A stretch of 63,601 bases of DNA, the filler included, from Klebsormidium nitens (taxonomy: Eukaryota; Plantae; Klebsormidiophyceae), in assembly GCA_000708835.1 (NCBI GenBank). It is 8 parts of 8 records of this genome, joined end to end, with 100 filler letters (N's around TTAATTAATTAA, not from the genome) between each part and the next. Parts side by side here need not be neighbours in the genome. Positions count along the whole stretch, not along the records: positions 12,866 to 25,607 come from DF238085.1; positions 25,708 to 38,467 come from DF238097.1; 6 more parts are not named here. One strand, given 5' to 3'. This document shows, in pieces, positions 22,612-34,129 of this stretch (positions are counted from its first letter, which is position 1; each line of letters starts with the position of its first letter). The translations under genes and the position numbers were made by a program. A model generated the notes under the pieces. The model did no database searches, had not been told where the DNA came from, and was given only the letters and a program-made list of their open reading frames with translations.

Positions 22612-22828
22612 TGATTGTATCCATGAGAGAAGCCTTGACCACACATGTTTATTACCCTCTTACTCCATTAACCATTATTTTTTTGAATACGGAACCTCTT
22701 TCAAAAACCCATCACCACCTGACAAATGTACAAAGAGAATGGAACTTGAGACGGTGGGTAATGAGTAATAGAGTAGTGACGCCGCACGTCAGCCACGCGC
22801 CCGCTTGATCAAGTCTCTCAACGGATTG

Positions 22829-24880
22829 CTAGCCTCGCTCGAATAGACAGCATACTTTGACCGTTCGAATAACGTGTCGAGTGTCGAGTATGGTCGTCAC
22901 ACGGCTCAGCAACCTTTTGATACTCGTGATCTGCTGGAGGCTAGCTGCACATCTCTTCAAACCTGAATTGATGCCCTCCGAAGCCGTTGTAATTGTGTGG
23001 CCATGTTGCGGAAAGGAGTCGATGAACAGCGTTGGCGCACACGTGTGCGTTGCGTAGCGCTTCGCCCCCGCCGGTGCGCAGCTCACGGGCCCCGAGTGGA
23101 AGCGGTCGACGACGAACAGCATGAACTTGGCCAGTTGCGGCACCCGGTTCAAGCACCACTCTTGCGCGTTGCAAGCGGCGTCCTCCACGATCGTGAGCCC
23201 CCGCAGCGTTTTGAAAGGGAATCTCGTTGGGAGCACCGTCCCGAGGTCCGAGACGCTCTCACCGCCCTTCAGCCAGTGGTACCCCAAGGGAGCCCGATCC
23301 TGGCAGCACGCGATGAACACCCCCGCGCGCCCCTTGGAGGATCGAGGGTTGGGAGCGCTGCAGTGCTGGGTGAGCCGCTCTTCGGAACCCTTTCTCCCCC
23401 GACCGGATCCGTCCTCCCAATCGACGAACTGCGGCCGGCCGTACAGCAGGGGGTGAAAAGAGTAGACAGAGACGGCCTTGACCCGCTCCGCATAAGCGGC
23501 CGATGGCGCTTGAAGAATCCCGCCGCTGCCATAGCATGGGGGATCGCGAACCTCCAGCTCGAACAGTAGCGAGTTGGCGACCCTCTTGAGTGCCGCCCCT
23601 CGCTGCTCCGCGTACTCCATTGCGGCCGCCTCCAGCTGACCCATGAGCCTCAGCCTCTCGCCTTCGATTGCCCACAGGTGCTCCGTAGCATCATGGAGAG
23701 CGGCCAGAGGCGAACGCGAGGACGGGCCGGGTCGATTCGCGCTCGGCTCGAAGCAGAGGAGGTTCGTGGCATAGATGTCGCGCACGAGCGGACGGAGCGT
23801 CGACGAGAAGGCGTACAGCCCCCCGGCAACGGGATGGAGGTGCAAGATGGCCGCCAGCATGGGGCCGTCGTTGGAGAGGTATGCCAGCCCGCGCTCGTCG
23901 AGCGGCCCCTCGAGCAACACGTGTCTCAGCAGCTTCAAGGTGACCACGTGCCCAAAGACCCACGAGTAGCGAGGGATGAGCAGGGCATGAAGGAGGGCTC
24001 CATACGGCTGAAAGTGCGTCGGGCACCAGCCGGTCGCTCCCACGGGCCCGTCTTTGAGGAACCCTTGCATCCACGGCCGCCGCGGCACCGCCTTGCAAGT
24101 CGCACACGTGCCAGGGTCGCCACAAGCTCCCGACTCGATAACGAGGTCGATTAGAGCGACGACGTTCGCCGGAAGCCCCTCCCGCATGGCGACAAACTCC
24201 TCCGGCTTCAGAGGCGCGTAGCTCCCTTGCGCTGGAGCCTTGCGAAAGTTGCACCACCTCTGCGCAAGAGCACGCACGGCCGGCCGCAACTCGGACAGCC
24301 CGTTGCGATACTTCCAAGGACAGTCGATCCCCTCCAGTGGCACGTCGGAGGGGCGCACTCCCCCCACGCTCAGAGGGGTGAAGCCCCCAGCGACCCTCGG
24401 CGCTTCCAGGTCTGGCTCGCAGATGCTGTGCAACGAGGCTTCTGTGTCGGAATCCCGCATCGCGCTCGAGTTGGCGAAGAAGGTGCCATCGAAAACGACA
24501 ACCTTGTCCCGTCCAAAAGCGTAGGTGGCCAGCTCAGAGCTCGGCCCCTCCGTTCGCTCCGGCCTCAAGGGATTGCCAGCCTTCCGGGCCTCCGCCTCGG
24601 CCGCCTTCACCTCGCACGTGTAGAGGTGCGCGCAATCGACACGTGAGCACACGTGACGGATCTGAGACCGTGCCGCGAGGTCGTTGAAGGCCTGCATCGC
24701 CGAGTCGAACACCCGGTCGTCCAGCCTAGGGACAATCGGCCCCTCGAGGCACCTCGTCGCCATGTCCCGCGCCTCAAAGTTGAGGCTGTGGGCCGCCCCC
24801 AGGGCCGCGGCAAAGTGGTTGCGCAATAGGAGGCCGTAGGAGATGAGGGTGTTGCCGGAGAAGTTAAAGATGCCGTCTTC
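22829..24880 (-). CDS. KDZ (Kyakuja-Dileera-Zisupton)-type DDE transposase, 3' exon
   Basis: Motifs VVVFDGT (D), GVFIACC, GYHWLKGGES, IVEDAACNAQEWCLNRVP (D), FVVDRFH...HTC, TASEGINSGLK (E), plus Cys clusters (CSRVDC; CATC..WC..H). Starts at acceptor CCCCTCTATTCTTGCAG|GAA (24880), so upstream exon(s) are missing. Confidence 0.8.
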   Translation of the reverse strand, partial: EDGIFNFSGNTLISYGLLLRNHFAAALGAAHSLNFEARDMATRCLEGPIVPRLDDRVFDSAMQAFNDLAARSQIRHVCSRVDCAHLYTCEVKAAEAEARKAGNPLRPERTEGPSSELATYAFGRDKVVVFDGTFFANSSAMRDSDTEASLHSICEPDLEAPRVAGGFTPLSVGGVRPSDVPLEGIDCPWKYRNGLSELRPAVRALAQRWCNFRKAPAQGSYAPLKPEEFVAMREGLPANVVALIDLVIESGACGDPGTCATCKAVPRRPWMQGFLKDGPVGATGWCPTHFQPYGALLHALLIPRYSWVFGHVVTLKLLRHVLLEGPLDERGLAYLSNDGPMLAAILHLHPVAGGLYAFSSTLRPLVRDIYATNLLCFEPSANRPGPSSRSPLAALHDATEHLWAIEGERLRLMGQLEAAAMEYAEQRGAALKRVANSLLFELEVRDPPCYGSGGILQAPSAAYAERVKAVSVYSFHPLLYGRPQFVDWEDGSGRGRKGSEERLTQHCSAPNPRSSKGRAGVFIACCQDRAPLGYHWLKGGESVSDLGTVLPTRFPFKTLRGLTIVEDAACNAQEWCLNRVPQLAKFMLFVVDRFHSGPVSCAPAGAKRYATHTCAPTLFIDSFPQHGHTITTASEGINSGLKRCAASLQQITSIKRLLSRVTTILDTRHVIRTVKVCCLFERG

Positions 24881-24954
24881 CTGCAAGAATAGAGGGGGGT
24901 GGGTGACATCAGTCGCGCGTTCAAAGTAGATCAGATACTTTGTACTATTCTGTC

Positions 24955-25607
24955 ATGGCTCTGAACGACAAGTTTGCGTCCGCTCTGAACGTGGTCGGTG
25001 AGAATGGCTTGCTCGGTCTTCCGGACTTGGCGGCTTCAGCGTGTACCTGCAAAGATGCACATACCACTATTGGGTCGACCATGCATGAGTTCCCCGTTCC
25101 ATGCAGCGTCGCACCCGGTCCGCTACATTTTGAGACCGTTTGGCCTCGAGAGTGTTGCACAATCTGCAACAATGTTTGGACCGAATTGCGATGGCCCATG
25201 AAACCACATAAGGGCTTGCCAATCTGCTGCGTGAACTTTGGAATGCACCGCGCACTCAACTGCTTGACCACAGCAGAGGCCAGACGAAAGTATCAGATCA
25301 AGGACCTTTCTTCACTTCAATGGGCCCCCCATCCTTCCCGTTCCGTCAAGACCCGCTTCTATCGAGAGTCGGATCTGCAAGTGCTTGCTGTTCGAGAGCG
25401 AGGAGGTCCGACGGGCTTCAACAATGCTCTGGAAGATCGACAAGCAAAAGCCATCAAGGAACGAAGAGAGAGGCTTGTTAAGCATTATCGTGACCTTGCG
25501 GAGCTTGGAAGATGCTTCAAAACGCAAGCCGTTCTGGCCGGTCTGAATCCAACCGAATGCATGGACCTCAGAGCAAAACTCGAGAGTCGTCAACAAGAGT
25601 TGGAGCG
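24955..25607 (+). CDS. XPA C-terminal-like putative DNA-binding protein, 3'-truncated by gap
   Basis: CCTIC...ICC...LTTAEARRKYQIKDLSSL...RFYRESDLQVLAVRERGG...EDRQAK follows the XPA-C pattern (T-x-T-x-A-x3-Y...L-Y...G, then coiled coil). Confidence 0.55.
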
Positions 25608-26540
25608 NNNNNNNNNNNNNNNNNNNNNNNNNNNNNNNNNNNNNNNNNNNNTTAATTAATTAANNNNNNNNNNNNNNNNNNNNNNNNNNNNNNNNNNNNN
25701 NNNNNNNCTTCTAACAGTTCCGAAGCGGAACGGGGCCGTCAGCCTGTGGAGCGGATGGGTTGAAGCTGACCTAGAATCGGCGTCCGGGACTTTCAAATTG
25801 CTAACGGCGCTTAAAGACGCGGGAACAGTCTACACCACCAGCTTGACGTCAGCACTTTTGAGTTATCCTTGGACGTTCCGTTGTCATTCTCTCTCACAGG
25901 CCACACAAGCCGCACACTCTTTACCACGAGATTAGCACGCTAGGCTATCACCCTGAGTGAAAATACGAGGTTCAACCTTGGCTTGGTGAGATTGTTACGA
26001 GAAAAGGAATTCCGTGACTGTTATCATGCAATTCAAGTCGGAAGTGCGAAAGTCGTCTCAAAGTCTCGTGCCCCTCAACCTCCCTCCAAGGTCGGAATGT
26101 ACCAAGAACCGAGCTGTACTCCGTCGTTTGATGAACGACGGCTTCGCAAGAAGCGGCGCTTCTCGGGGGTTCTGAAGCCCCATTCCGAGGTCATAATCTT
26201 TCTTGCGATCTTGCGGCTTGAAAGTCTCTCTTTGGACAAACTGACTTTTGCTTGCTCTACAGGCATGATTGCTGGAGATCAATCGGCCAATCTTATCATA
26301 CTGGAGAAACATCTCTTGAACAAATGGAGCTTGTAGCTGTGCAGGCTACCGTTCCTAAACCTTTGTTCTCATTCTTTGCGTCTGACCAAATTCGCGGACG
26401 GGCCCCCACAGTCAAAGCCAACCCTTTATGAACCATCCTTTTCCAAAGCCTTCTTCCTTGGAAACGATCAGCTCAAGCAATCCAGAACTTGAGTAGGGAG
26501 ACGTGTTAAGCGCTTCTCTTTGAGCGAGCCGTAAACAAAA

Positions 26541-28552
26541 ATGGCGTCCAGAACGATCGCCGCTCTCTTGGGCTTGCTTATGGTGGGAGCGCTAGGCCGC
26601 GAGGTGAGTCAACCCGCCCATAACGACGCGACTCTTATAAGAAGAAAGCCTAAAAGCACTTTTTCCTCCACTCTAATTCCGTTCCAGAAAGGGGTTTTTC
26701 GGAACAAACCCATTGCATTCGCATAAACGTCTTCATGTCACAGACTCAAGTAGAAACTTGGCTTACAAGGAGTCACACTAGAGTCTTCAGGAGCCAATTT
26801 CTCCCCAGCTGGCTGCATGAACAATCAGGACGCGGGACTGTGGTGATCCAGTCAAGTTATCTTGTAAAGTTGGAATGATCTCGAAGCAGCTACTTTGAAG
26901 TTCTGCTTGATTGTGATTGATCTTTATTCTTGGTAAGACCGCCATTTGTGATTTCTGTATAGGTGAACGGCGCTCGTCTACCGAAGCAGGGAAGCAGGGA
27001 CGTGGCTAAACCGAGCGAGGTCATTTCTACCAGCTCGCGCAAGCTGCTACAGAACGCAGGTATAACACACAGTTTCTACTGGGTTTGATTCCTCCTGAGA
27101 AGCTTTCACGAAATGCCTTTGCTGGACTTGATTTGATCGGCGTGTTTTGAACCCAGTTAGGTCGTCTATGGCAAGCATGCGGGTTAATTCCGACTTTAAG
27201 CAGCTCCTCTACAGTCTCTCTCTCGTCGCACATGACTTCAGAACCCGCCACTGACCTAGACCCGCTTTCAAAAAGCCCTTCTAATTCACGGACATGAACT
27301 CTCCTCTGGAAGTTGTTCCTAGCTATTTGATGACTCTCCAAATCAGTTGATCTGACCTATTCAGGAAAGCTGAAAGGCAAGAACGACTGCGCTGCGTTTT
27401 TCAAATGAACATCAGTTCACCAGCTGATATATTGGCAAACAATACACTGCCCAAATCACAGAAAGCCATATTGGCTCCTAACCAGGGGTTACCAGACTGA
27501 GTCTCTGGTTATTAGACATCCAACCCGGCTTTAATCTTGTTCCGGGGCTGGTTCAAGTTAGTCATTGGACATATAATCATTCTCTACCAGCTCATAACCA
27601 GCCCATAACCATCCATGGTTAAGGGCCAAAAGCTTCTGTGAAACGCAGTGGCCGGGAACGATCAACACCGGTTACTGTACATTCCTTCCTTCCCTCTTCG
27701 CAGGCTCCTGCGCCTTCGTGAACGCCCCGAGCGCTTCTGGCGCCGACGGGGGCGTGAACCCCAACGGTGTTCTCTGCCGATTCTTCTTCTCCCAGATTTC
27801 ATTATGATGCAGCGTACCAAACTTCGTCTGCCCCACCGGCGCAAACCTTACCATCGACGCGTTAAATGCTGGCAAATGTCAGGTATTTGTGGGCGTCCCG
27901 GCTACCGTTCCCCCGGTCTCACCCGTCGCCGTTACCCCGGTGTCTCCCACTACCGTTGCCCCGGTCTTTCCCACTACCGTTGCCCCTGTCACTCCCACTA
28001 CCGTTGCCCCGGTCACTATTACCCCAGCTCCCCCGGTCACTCCCACTACCGTTTCCCCGGTCTCTGTTCCGACCCCTGTCGCGCCCGGCCCTACTTCCCC
28101 GGGCCCATTGGCTGGGCCCGTCCCGGCGCCGGCCGGTTTCGCGGGCGCCGCCTTCCCCGGCGCACCTACAGGTACCTACCGGACGCTTTTCTTCTGACAA
28201 TCTTCTTTTGTTAAAAGGCACTTACCCAGACACTTGATCGGGCCGGGTTTGGCGTAGACCTAGTCCTGGTACTTGTACGACTCCTCGCTGTGTTTCGTTC
28301 CAAAGCAGAGCCAATATTAAGTGGGCTCTTGATCTTGTATCTCAAGGACACTAATTTCCGGCTAAAAAGTCCCCAGACAATGATGATTGCCAGTACTTTG
28401 TAAGTCTTCCTGACGTCTTGCAAGCTCCATAAATTTACCGAGAAGCGGCGAGATTGTACGAAGTTTCACAATCGCTGATACTCAAACCCACCTTTCTCTT
28501 CCCGCACCCAGGCGCTGGCGGGTTCCCGGCGGGCCTCTTGCCCGCCCGCTGA
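26541..28552 (+). pseudogene. Secreted Cys-rich/Pro-Thr-rich precursor, paralogue 1 (in-frame TGA)
   Basis: Exons 26541-26603 (MASRTIAALLGLLMVGALGRE), 26963-27059 (...SSRKLLQNA), 27704-28171 (Cys domain + PTTVAPV repeats), 28512-28552 (AGGFPAGLLPAR*). TGA at 27805-27807. Confidence 0.75.
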
Positions 28553-29469
28553 TTTCCCGGCCATGGCGTGACTCTCCTCCAAAGACAAATCCGCCTGTAA
28601 TCCGTCCGTCGTCAACGGGGGAGTCGTCACCCGGTCGCTTCGTGTTCGGGCATTGATAGAAGGTCGTATACTCAACCCGAGACTAGCTGGGTGTTCCACT
28701 TAGTATATTTTCGTCTCCTACTCAACTCGCCGTTCAGAATAGCTGGTTAGGAGCACAATGAGGTTTTGAAAGCAGAATAATTGACAAAGATATTATAGTA
28801 TGTTTCCGCCCACATACTAGAAAGAGCGACGCTTCTTCTCCTCAAACAATCACCATTTCAGCTGCCATGCTGCGTTTGGTGGTATGATTTTATTGCCGTC
28901 CAATTCATGACAGAACTTGCTGAAATTCGAAGGCACGAGCCTGTGTAGGCCAGCCATATTCTTTCGGACTCTTTCACCTGCGACATCTCGATCCAATTGA
29001 TGCATGCTGTAACTTGGGGTCGACCTGGTTCACACGTACAAGCTTGCCTTGGTGAAGACAGAGCTGCACTTACTTCACTATCCACTACTTGAAATGCTAA
29101 GCTTAATATCCTTCTAACCCTATTTTCCACTGCGAAGAAGAACGCAGAAAGTAAGCTGCGCGCGCACATGCATCACTGCTTCGGCGCAAACTTTGATTGG
29201 CAGCCGCGCGCGCATTGGAGGGGCCCCGACAATTCCTCAAACCAGGAAAAAGCGGCCACAAACAGAGGAACGCGCGCTTTCGCTAGTCCGGGACCCATTG
29301 CATTGGAAAAGGTCGGATGCATCCAAAATATATACATGATGACGGTCAAGGTTATAGCTCCCAAGCTCAGGGGTACTGGGCGGCTTGAAGCTTTCCAACA
29401 ATGTGAAAATGTTCGCTTTATTGAGAGCCATTCATTTTCCAAGTGCCAGTGGAAGGCAGGACTGTGCGA

Positions 29470-30130
29470 GCAGCGGACTGGCCGACCGGGCGCGCTGCGG
29501 CGGAACGAGGCTCCCGTTCCGCACCGGTTTGAGGGGTGAGCTGGCGGATCGGACCGGCAAAGCTACACGCGCAACGAAACGGCTCGACTGAAAGTGCAGC
29601 CGAAGAATGCAACGGGGTCCGCTGCCGCGGAACCGGACCCGATTCCATACCGGAATGAGCCACGAGCTGGCGGAACGACCGGCTGACGCTCACGCACAAC
29701 GCGGCCGCGGCAGACAAAGCCCGCAGCGGAACGGCATGGCTGCACATTGCAGCGAAACCGGACCCGGTTCCGCACCGGGATAGACTTCAAGCTGGCGGAA
29801 CGGACTGGCTGACCAGCTAAGCCGCACACGCCCAACGGACAAACGGAACGCTCGACTAAGCGTGCAGCGTAATAGCCAACCTTGGCGCGCTTTAGCGGAT
29901 CGGGCCCGGTTCAGTGTTGGACTGGGCCTTCAAGCTAGCGAAATGGAACGGGTGAGCTTCGCGGACAACGGAACGGCCTGGCCGGCATTCAGCGGAATGC
30001 CCGACGGGGCGCGCTGCAGCGGAAAGGCACATATTCCGATCCGGAACGGGGCCGTCAGCCTGGCGGAACGGATCGGCTGAGGCTGAACTAGAACCGGCGT
30101 CCGGGACGTGAATTTGCTGACGGCGCCTGA
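29470..30130. repeat. Degenerate ~125-bp tandem repeat (GCAGCGGAACCGGACCCGGTTCCGCACCGG...GCTGGCGGAACGG) upstream of paralogue 2
   Basis: About 5 diverged copies; the tail of the same array is at 25720-25850 upstream of paralogue 1. Confidence 0.75.
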
Positions 30131-30872
30131 AAACGAGGGAGCAATCTCCACCACCAGCTTGAATTTAGTTCCGTGATTTCTTCTGGACTAAGCCTTGGCC
30201 GTTCCCTTCTCATTTGCTTCCGCAGTCGCACACGCCACACGCTATTTGATTTTCCACGAGACTGCCACGCTACACTATCAGCCTGAGCGAGAATACCAGG
30301 TACAACCTTGGCTTGGTGAAGAATGGTTACGGGAAAAATGAATGCAGTGAATCAGGCGTTTCACGTTAGAAGTGCGGAACTCCTCTCAAACTCTGGTGGG
30401 CCTCGAGCGACCTCCAAGGTCGGGCCACAAGGCCCCGAATGCACCTCTGTCGTTGCTTGAACAGGGTTATCGTCGGCTTTGCAAGAAGCAGATCTTGTTG
30501 GGTGATGCGGAATGCCGCGCCCGGGCTTTCGAGGTCAATGCTTTTGTTGATACCAGATTGGGAGGTCGAGAGCAGCAGAATTCAACTATGCAGGCTGCTC
30601 CAAGGTCGCAGCTCTTCGCAGAAAGCCTGAAACAAGTTTCTGACTCAACGGAGTATGTTGCTGTGTTTTGCAAGCTACCGTTTCTGTCGCTGGCTCTTTA
30701 GTGTATTGGCTCTGACCAATAGTGCGGACGTGCCCTCGTAAGCGAGATCAACGATACCTATCCCGCAATCTTCTCCAAAGAATTCGTCCGTTGCAAAACC
30801 AAACTGAAACAACCCTGAACCTCGACAGTGATGTCAAGCTTTTCTCGTCGCACGCCTTGTTTGGATGCCAGA

Positions 30873-33363
30873 ATGGCGTCCAGAGCGATTATCGCTTTCG
30901 TGGGCTTGCGCCTGGTGGGAGCTTTGGGCGGCGAGGTGAGTCAGTAAGCCCATAAGCAGCTCATATAACTTACAATTTCTGGGATGTCCACGTAAGATTG
31001 ATCCCGATAATCTGCTTACACGGATTGGCTTTGATCGATCTGCACCTCATTCAGGCTGTCAGAACCAAATAAAAAACATAGGCTAAGCTGTCTATGCCAA
31101 TCATTTTCAAGGAAAAAAGCGGAAGAATTTCGTCTTTGAAACGGGGCCGTTCGAGCACACCAATGAAGATACCTAGCTTCTCATCATGCTCCGGTCCATT
31201 CAAGGATCCAGCATTGATGAAAGGAACTCAACAAGAGTTTGGTGTCGAGTGGTTCATTCTCCCCCTTTGCACTGTCTCTTGGACATCTGCCAGAATGACA
31301 CGTGGTTAAAGGTTTCCTCCACGATCCAACATGCAGCTTCTCCCGACCATCCTGCCAGGTTTAGTGTCACCTAATTTAGAATAATTTCAGTCGGCAGCAG
31401 ACTGATTAACTTAGACTAGTTTTCCCACTAAAACTGGCAAGATGGTCGGGAGAAGCATATGGAGGAGACCGTAACCAGATGATGATCCCTGTACCTAAAA
31501 ACGTGAAGCTGATGCTTAATCGAAAACATACATAGGAACTGAAAAATGGGAGTTATGATCCGTCGTATTGCATTCGCTAAACTCAACCTGATGGTGAAGA
31601 GTCATTTTGCCCAAAACACATGCTTCTTCTCTGCAAGTGCACGGTACTCATGTACAGAAGCATTCAGGCGGGACCTACTCGAGCAGCCAAGTGGGCGGAA
31701 TCAATTCAGCCCGCTCGCGCAAGTTGTTGCAACGAGGGGAACCAGGTAGTGCTCAAAGCTCCCAGACGCCAAGGAATCCGAGGTCAATCTAATGTGCAAA
31801 TGTTTTTGCTAAGCTGACTCTGTTATCAGCTCTCAAGAATATCCCCAGTCGTTGTATCGTTGGTTATATAGCTTATTTCTTCGCATCTCGTCATACATCC
31901 TCGTAGAAGTACCAGCCACGGATTAAGCCCCTCTTCGTTAAATTGCCTCACAAACAACGTTGATGCTCAGGTAATCTCGATTCAAAAGGAAGCTCGATGA
32001 TTTCAGTGTGCTGCTTGTCAACCGGTTCTTCTCCTCCAAATCGAACCGGCGTAGAACAAGACCCCTCAAGATAAGAAACTCATTTTTGAAATCGACGACT
32101 TTGCTATCTAGATAGCTCCCAGACTGAAGCTTGATTGAAGCAATATATATCGCCTGCCCTTTCGCAATTACCGCTAACCCATCGTCAGCACCGGTCATCG
32201 TTCTGTTCGAAGCGCTACTTTCCTTGCAGGCGGCCTAGGGTGCTGCCCCTTCCCTGCCAAGAACGGCAGTACCCTAGACGGGGTGCTTTGCGGTATCAAC
32301 TACGCATCCGATCTCAACTACTACCTCTGCTGCCCCCAGGACTCCGTTTTCTGCCCCCAGCACGCCTTTCCTTCATGTAAATATCTTCCCCGGGGGTCGG
32401 TCTGTGTTGAGACACCAGCCCCGACCTTGGAACCGACCAATGCCCCAAGTCCTACCGGTTCTCCAATCCCGACTTTCTTTCTAACCCCTTCCGCCGTAAG
32501 CCCGATTTCCCCGGGCCCCTTCACCCGGCCCAGCCTGGCCGCTTTCGCAGCCGCCCCGACTCCTGGGGCCGCTACGGGTTCGNNNNNNNNNNNNNNNNNN
32601 NNNNNNNNNNNNNNNNNNNNNNNNNNNNNNNNNNNNNNNNNNNNNNNNNNNNNNNNNNNNNNNNNNNNNNNNNNNNNNNNNNNNNNNNNNNNNNNNNNNN
32701 NNNNNNNNNNNNNNNNNNNNNNNNNNNNNNNNNNNNNNNNNNNNNNNNNNNNNNNNNNNNNNNNNNNNNNNNNNNNNNNNNNNNNNNNNNNNNNNNNNNN
32801 NNNNNNNNNNNNNNNNNNNNNNNNNNNNNNNNNNNNNNNNNNNNNNNNNNNNNNNNNNNNNNNNNNNNNNNNNNNNNNNNNNNNNNNNNNNNNNNNNNNN
32901 NNNNNNNNCCCAGCCTGGCCGCTTTCGCAGCCGCCCCGACGTCCTGGGGCCGCTACGGTTCGTACCGGTAAGGCTTCGTTCTTTGACCTTGCCAGATTTG
33001 AAGGCGCTTAAAGGAATCATCATGCTTAGTTCGGTCAAGTTTTATGGCGCTGTCGTCGCTTTGACGATTCCCATGGCGGAGCCCGGATCAAGAGGAATCC
33101 TGAAGGCCGGCGTCAAAGCCCAGCTTACGATCGGTTCTCGCTTAGCAGGAGGCCCTGATTGATGAATATTTGCCAGATTCAACAAGTCGTCTTGATCCTT
33201 GCAGGATTAGAAGCTTGAATGCAGATCAGCGAGACCCCTATGAATAGTTGGACCCTGGACCCCACAAATGTTTCAAGACGATTTCGTTCGCCGCCTCTTT
33301 AACCTGATTTTTTTATTGTATGCAGCTGGTGGAGTCGCGGCGCCTCTCCTCGCCGCCCGCTGA
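30873..33363 (+). pseudogene. Secreted Cys-rich/Pro-Thr-rich precursor, paralogue 2 (exon-2 acceptor reads CAA)
   Basis: Exons 30873-30935 (MASRAIIAFVGLRLVGALGGE), ~31637-31745 (VHGTH...RSRKLLQRGEP), 32230-~32965 across gap (GCCPF...GVLCGINY...LCCPQDSVFCP...PT-rich), 33326-33363 (GGVAAPLLAAR*). Confidence 0.7.
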
Positions 33364-34129
33364 TTCCCGGACAAGTCTTGACCCTCTGTCCTGCCTCAAC
33401 TTCGCCTGCGTTGCCGGCGCTTCGCCATCAACCGGGGAGTCGTCAAGCTCCCCCGGGCCGCTTCGTGTTCGGGCTTCCATAAGACTCCGGATCATCCAAT
33501 TAGATGTTTAGGCGTAATTCTAGAAGGCCAATATTAAATCAGACTTGAACGAACCGAAGAGATATATCAAGCTGGTGACGTTCATGCGTCGTAACCCCAT
33601 TTCCCATTTGAGCGGCCATGTTCCGGCGGCAGATCCGCACAGTGGTGTATCTTCACAGCCATGCCAGATCTTCATGATAGCAAAGGGCCGGAATGCAAGA
33701 GCACGAAGCCGTGCGGGCCAGGGCCCAGCTCTCCTGATTATGTCACGTCCTCCAGATGCCACACGTAATCAGAACACTTTATGCTGCTGTGCCATCAACC
33801 TGATTTTGAAAACATGCTTACGACCTTGCCCGTCTGGATTCGAGGCTGGAATTGTACCATCACGAGCTGCCTGAAATGTCTCTGTTCTTGATGTTTATGT
33901 TCTTGATAAAGCGATATAATTCTTTCGCTGTTTCGTTGGAAGCGCACGCGTAACGTACGCAGCACGCGCGTGGTGTTGCGGCGGCCGGGCCCCATTCTGA
34001 TCAGGCGCCTTTGATTCCTCGAAGGTCAACAAAGCAGAAACAAGGAGAGTGAATATTCTGCAAGTCCCACTTTCGACCATGAGACACGTATGGAAAGTGA
34101 TCGACGAAGATCGCGGCGGAAAGGCATGG

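Larger units (their letters stand above)
12866..25607. mobile_element. Endogenous virus-like/composite mobile island (recombinase, two primase-helicase genes, KDZ transposase)
   Basis: Dense cluster of long, mostly intron-poor ORFs with replication, recombination and transposition motifs on one contig bounded by gaps 12766-12865 and 25608-25707. Termini not visible. Confidence 0.75.

Noticed and set aside
22565-22780. TTATTACCCATT / GTGGGTAATGAGTAATAG as a terminal inverted repeat
   Set aside because: Short, AT-rich and imperfect; no matching partner at the other side of either candidate element.
12866-25607. Calling the island a complete Polinton/Maverick, virophage or PLV
   Set aside because: No recognisable protein-primed PolB, rve integrase, A32 packaging ATPase, protease, capsid proteins or terminal inverted repeats in the visible sequence.
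32520-32965. Direct repeat CCCAGCCTGGCCGCTTTCGCAGCCGCCCCGAC on both sides of the 326-N gap
   Set aside because: May be overlapping contig ends (over-estimated gap) rather than a true duplication; cannot be resolved here.
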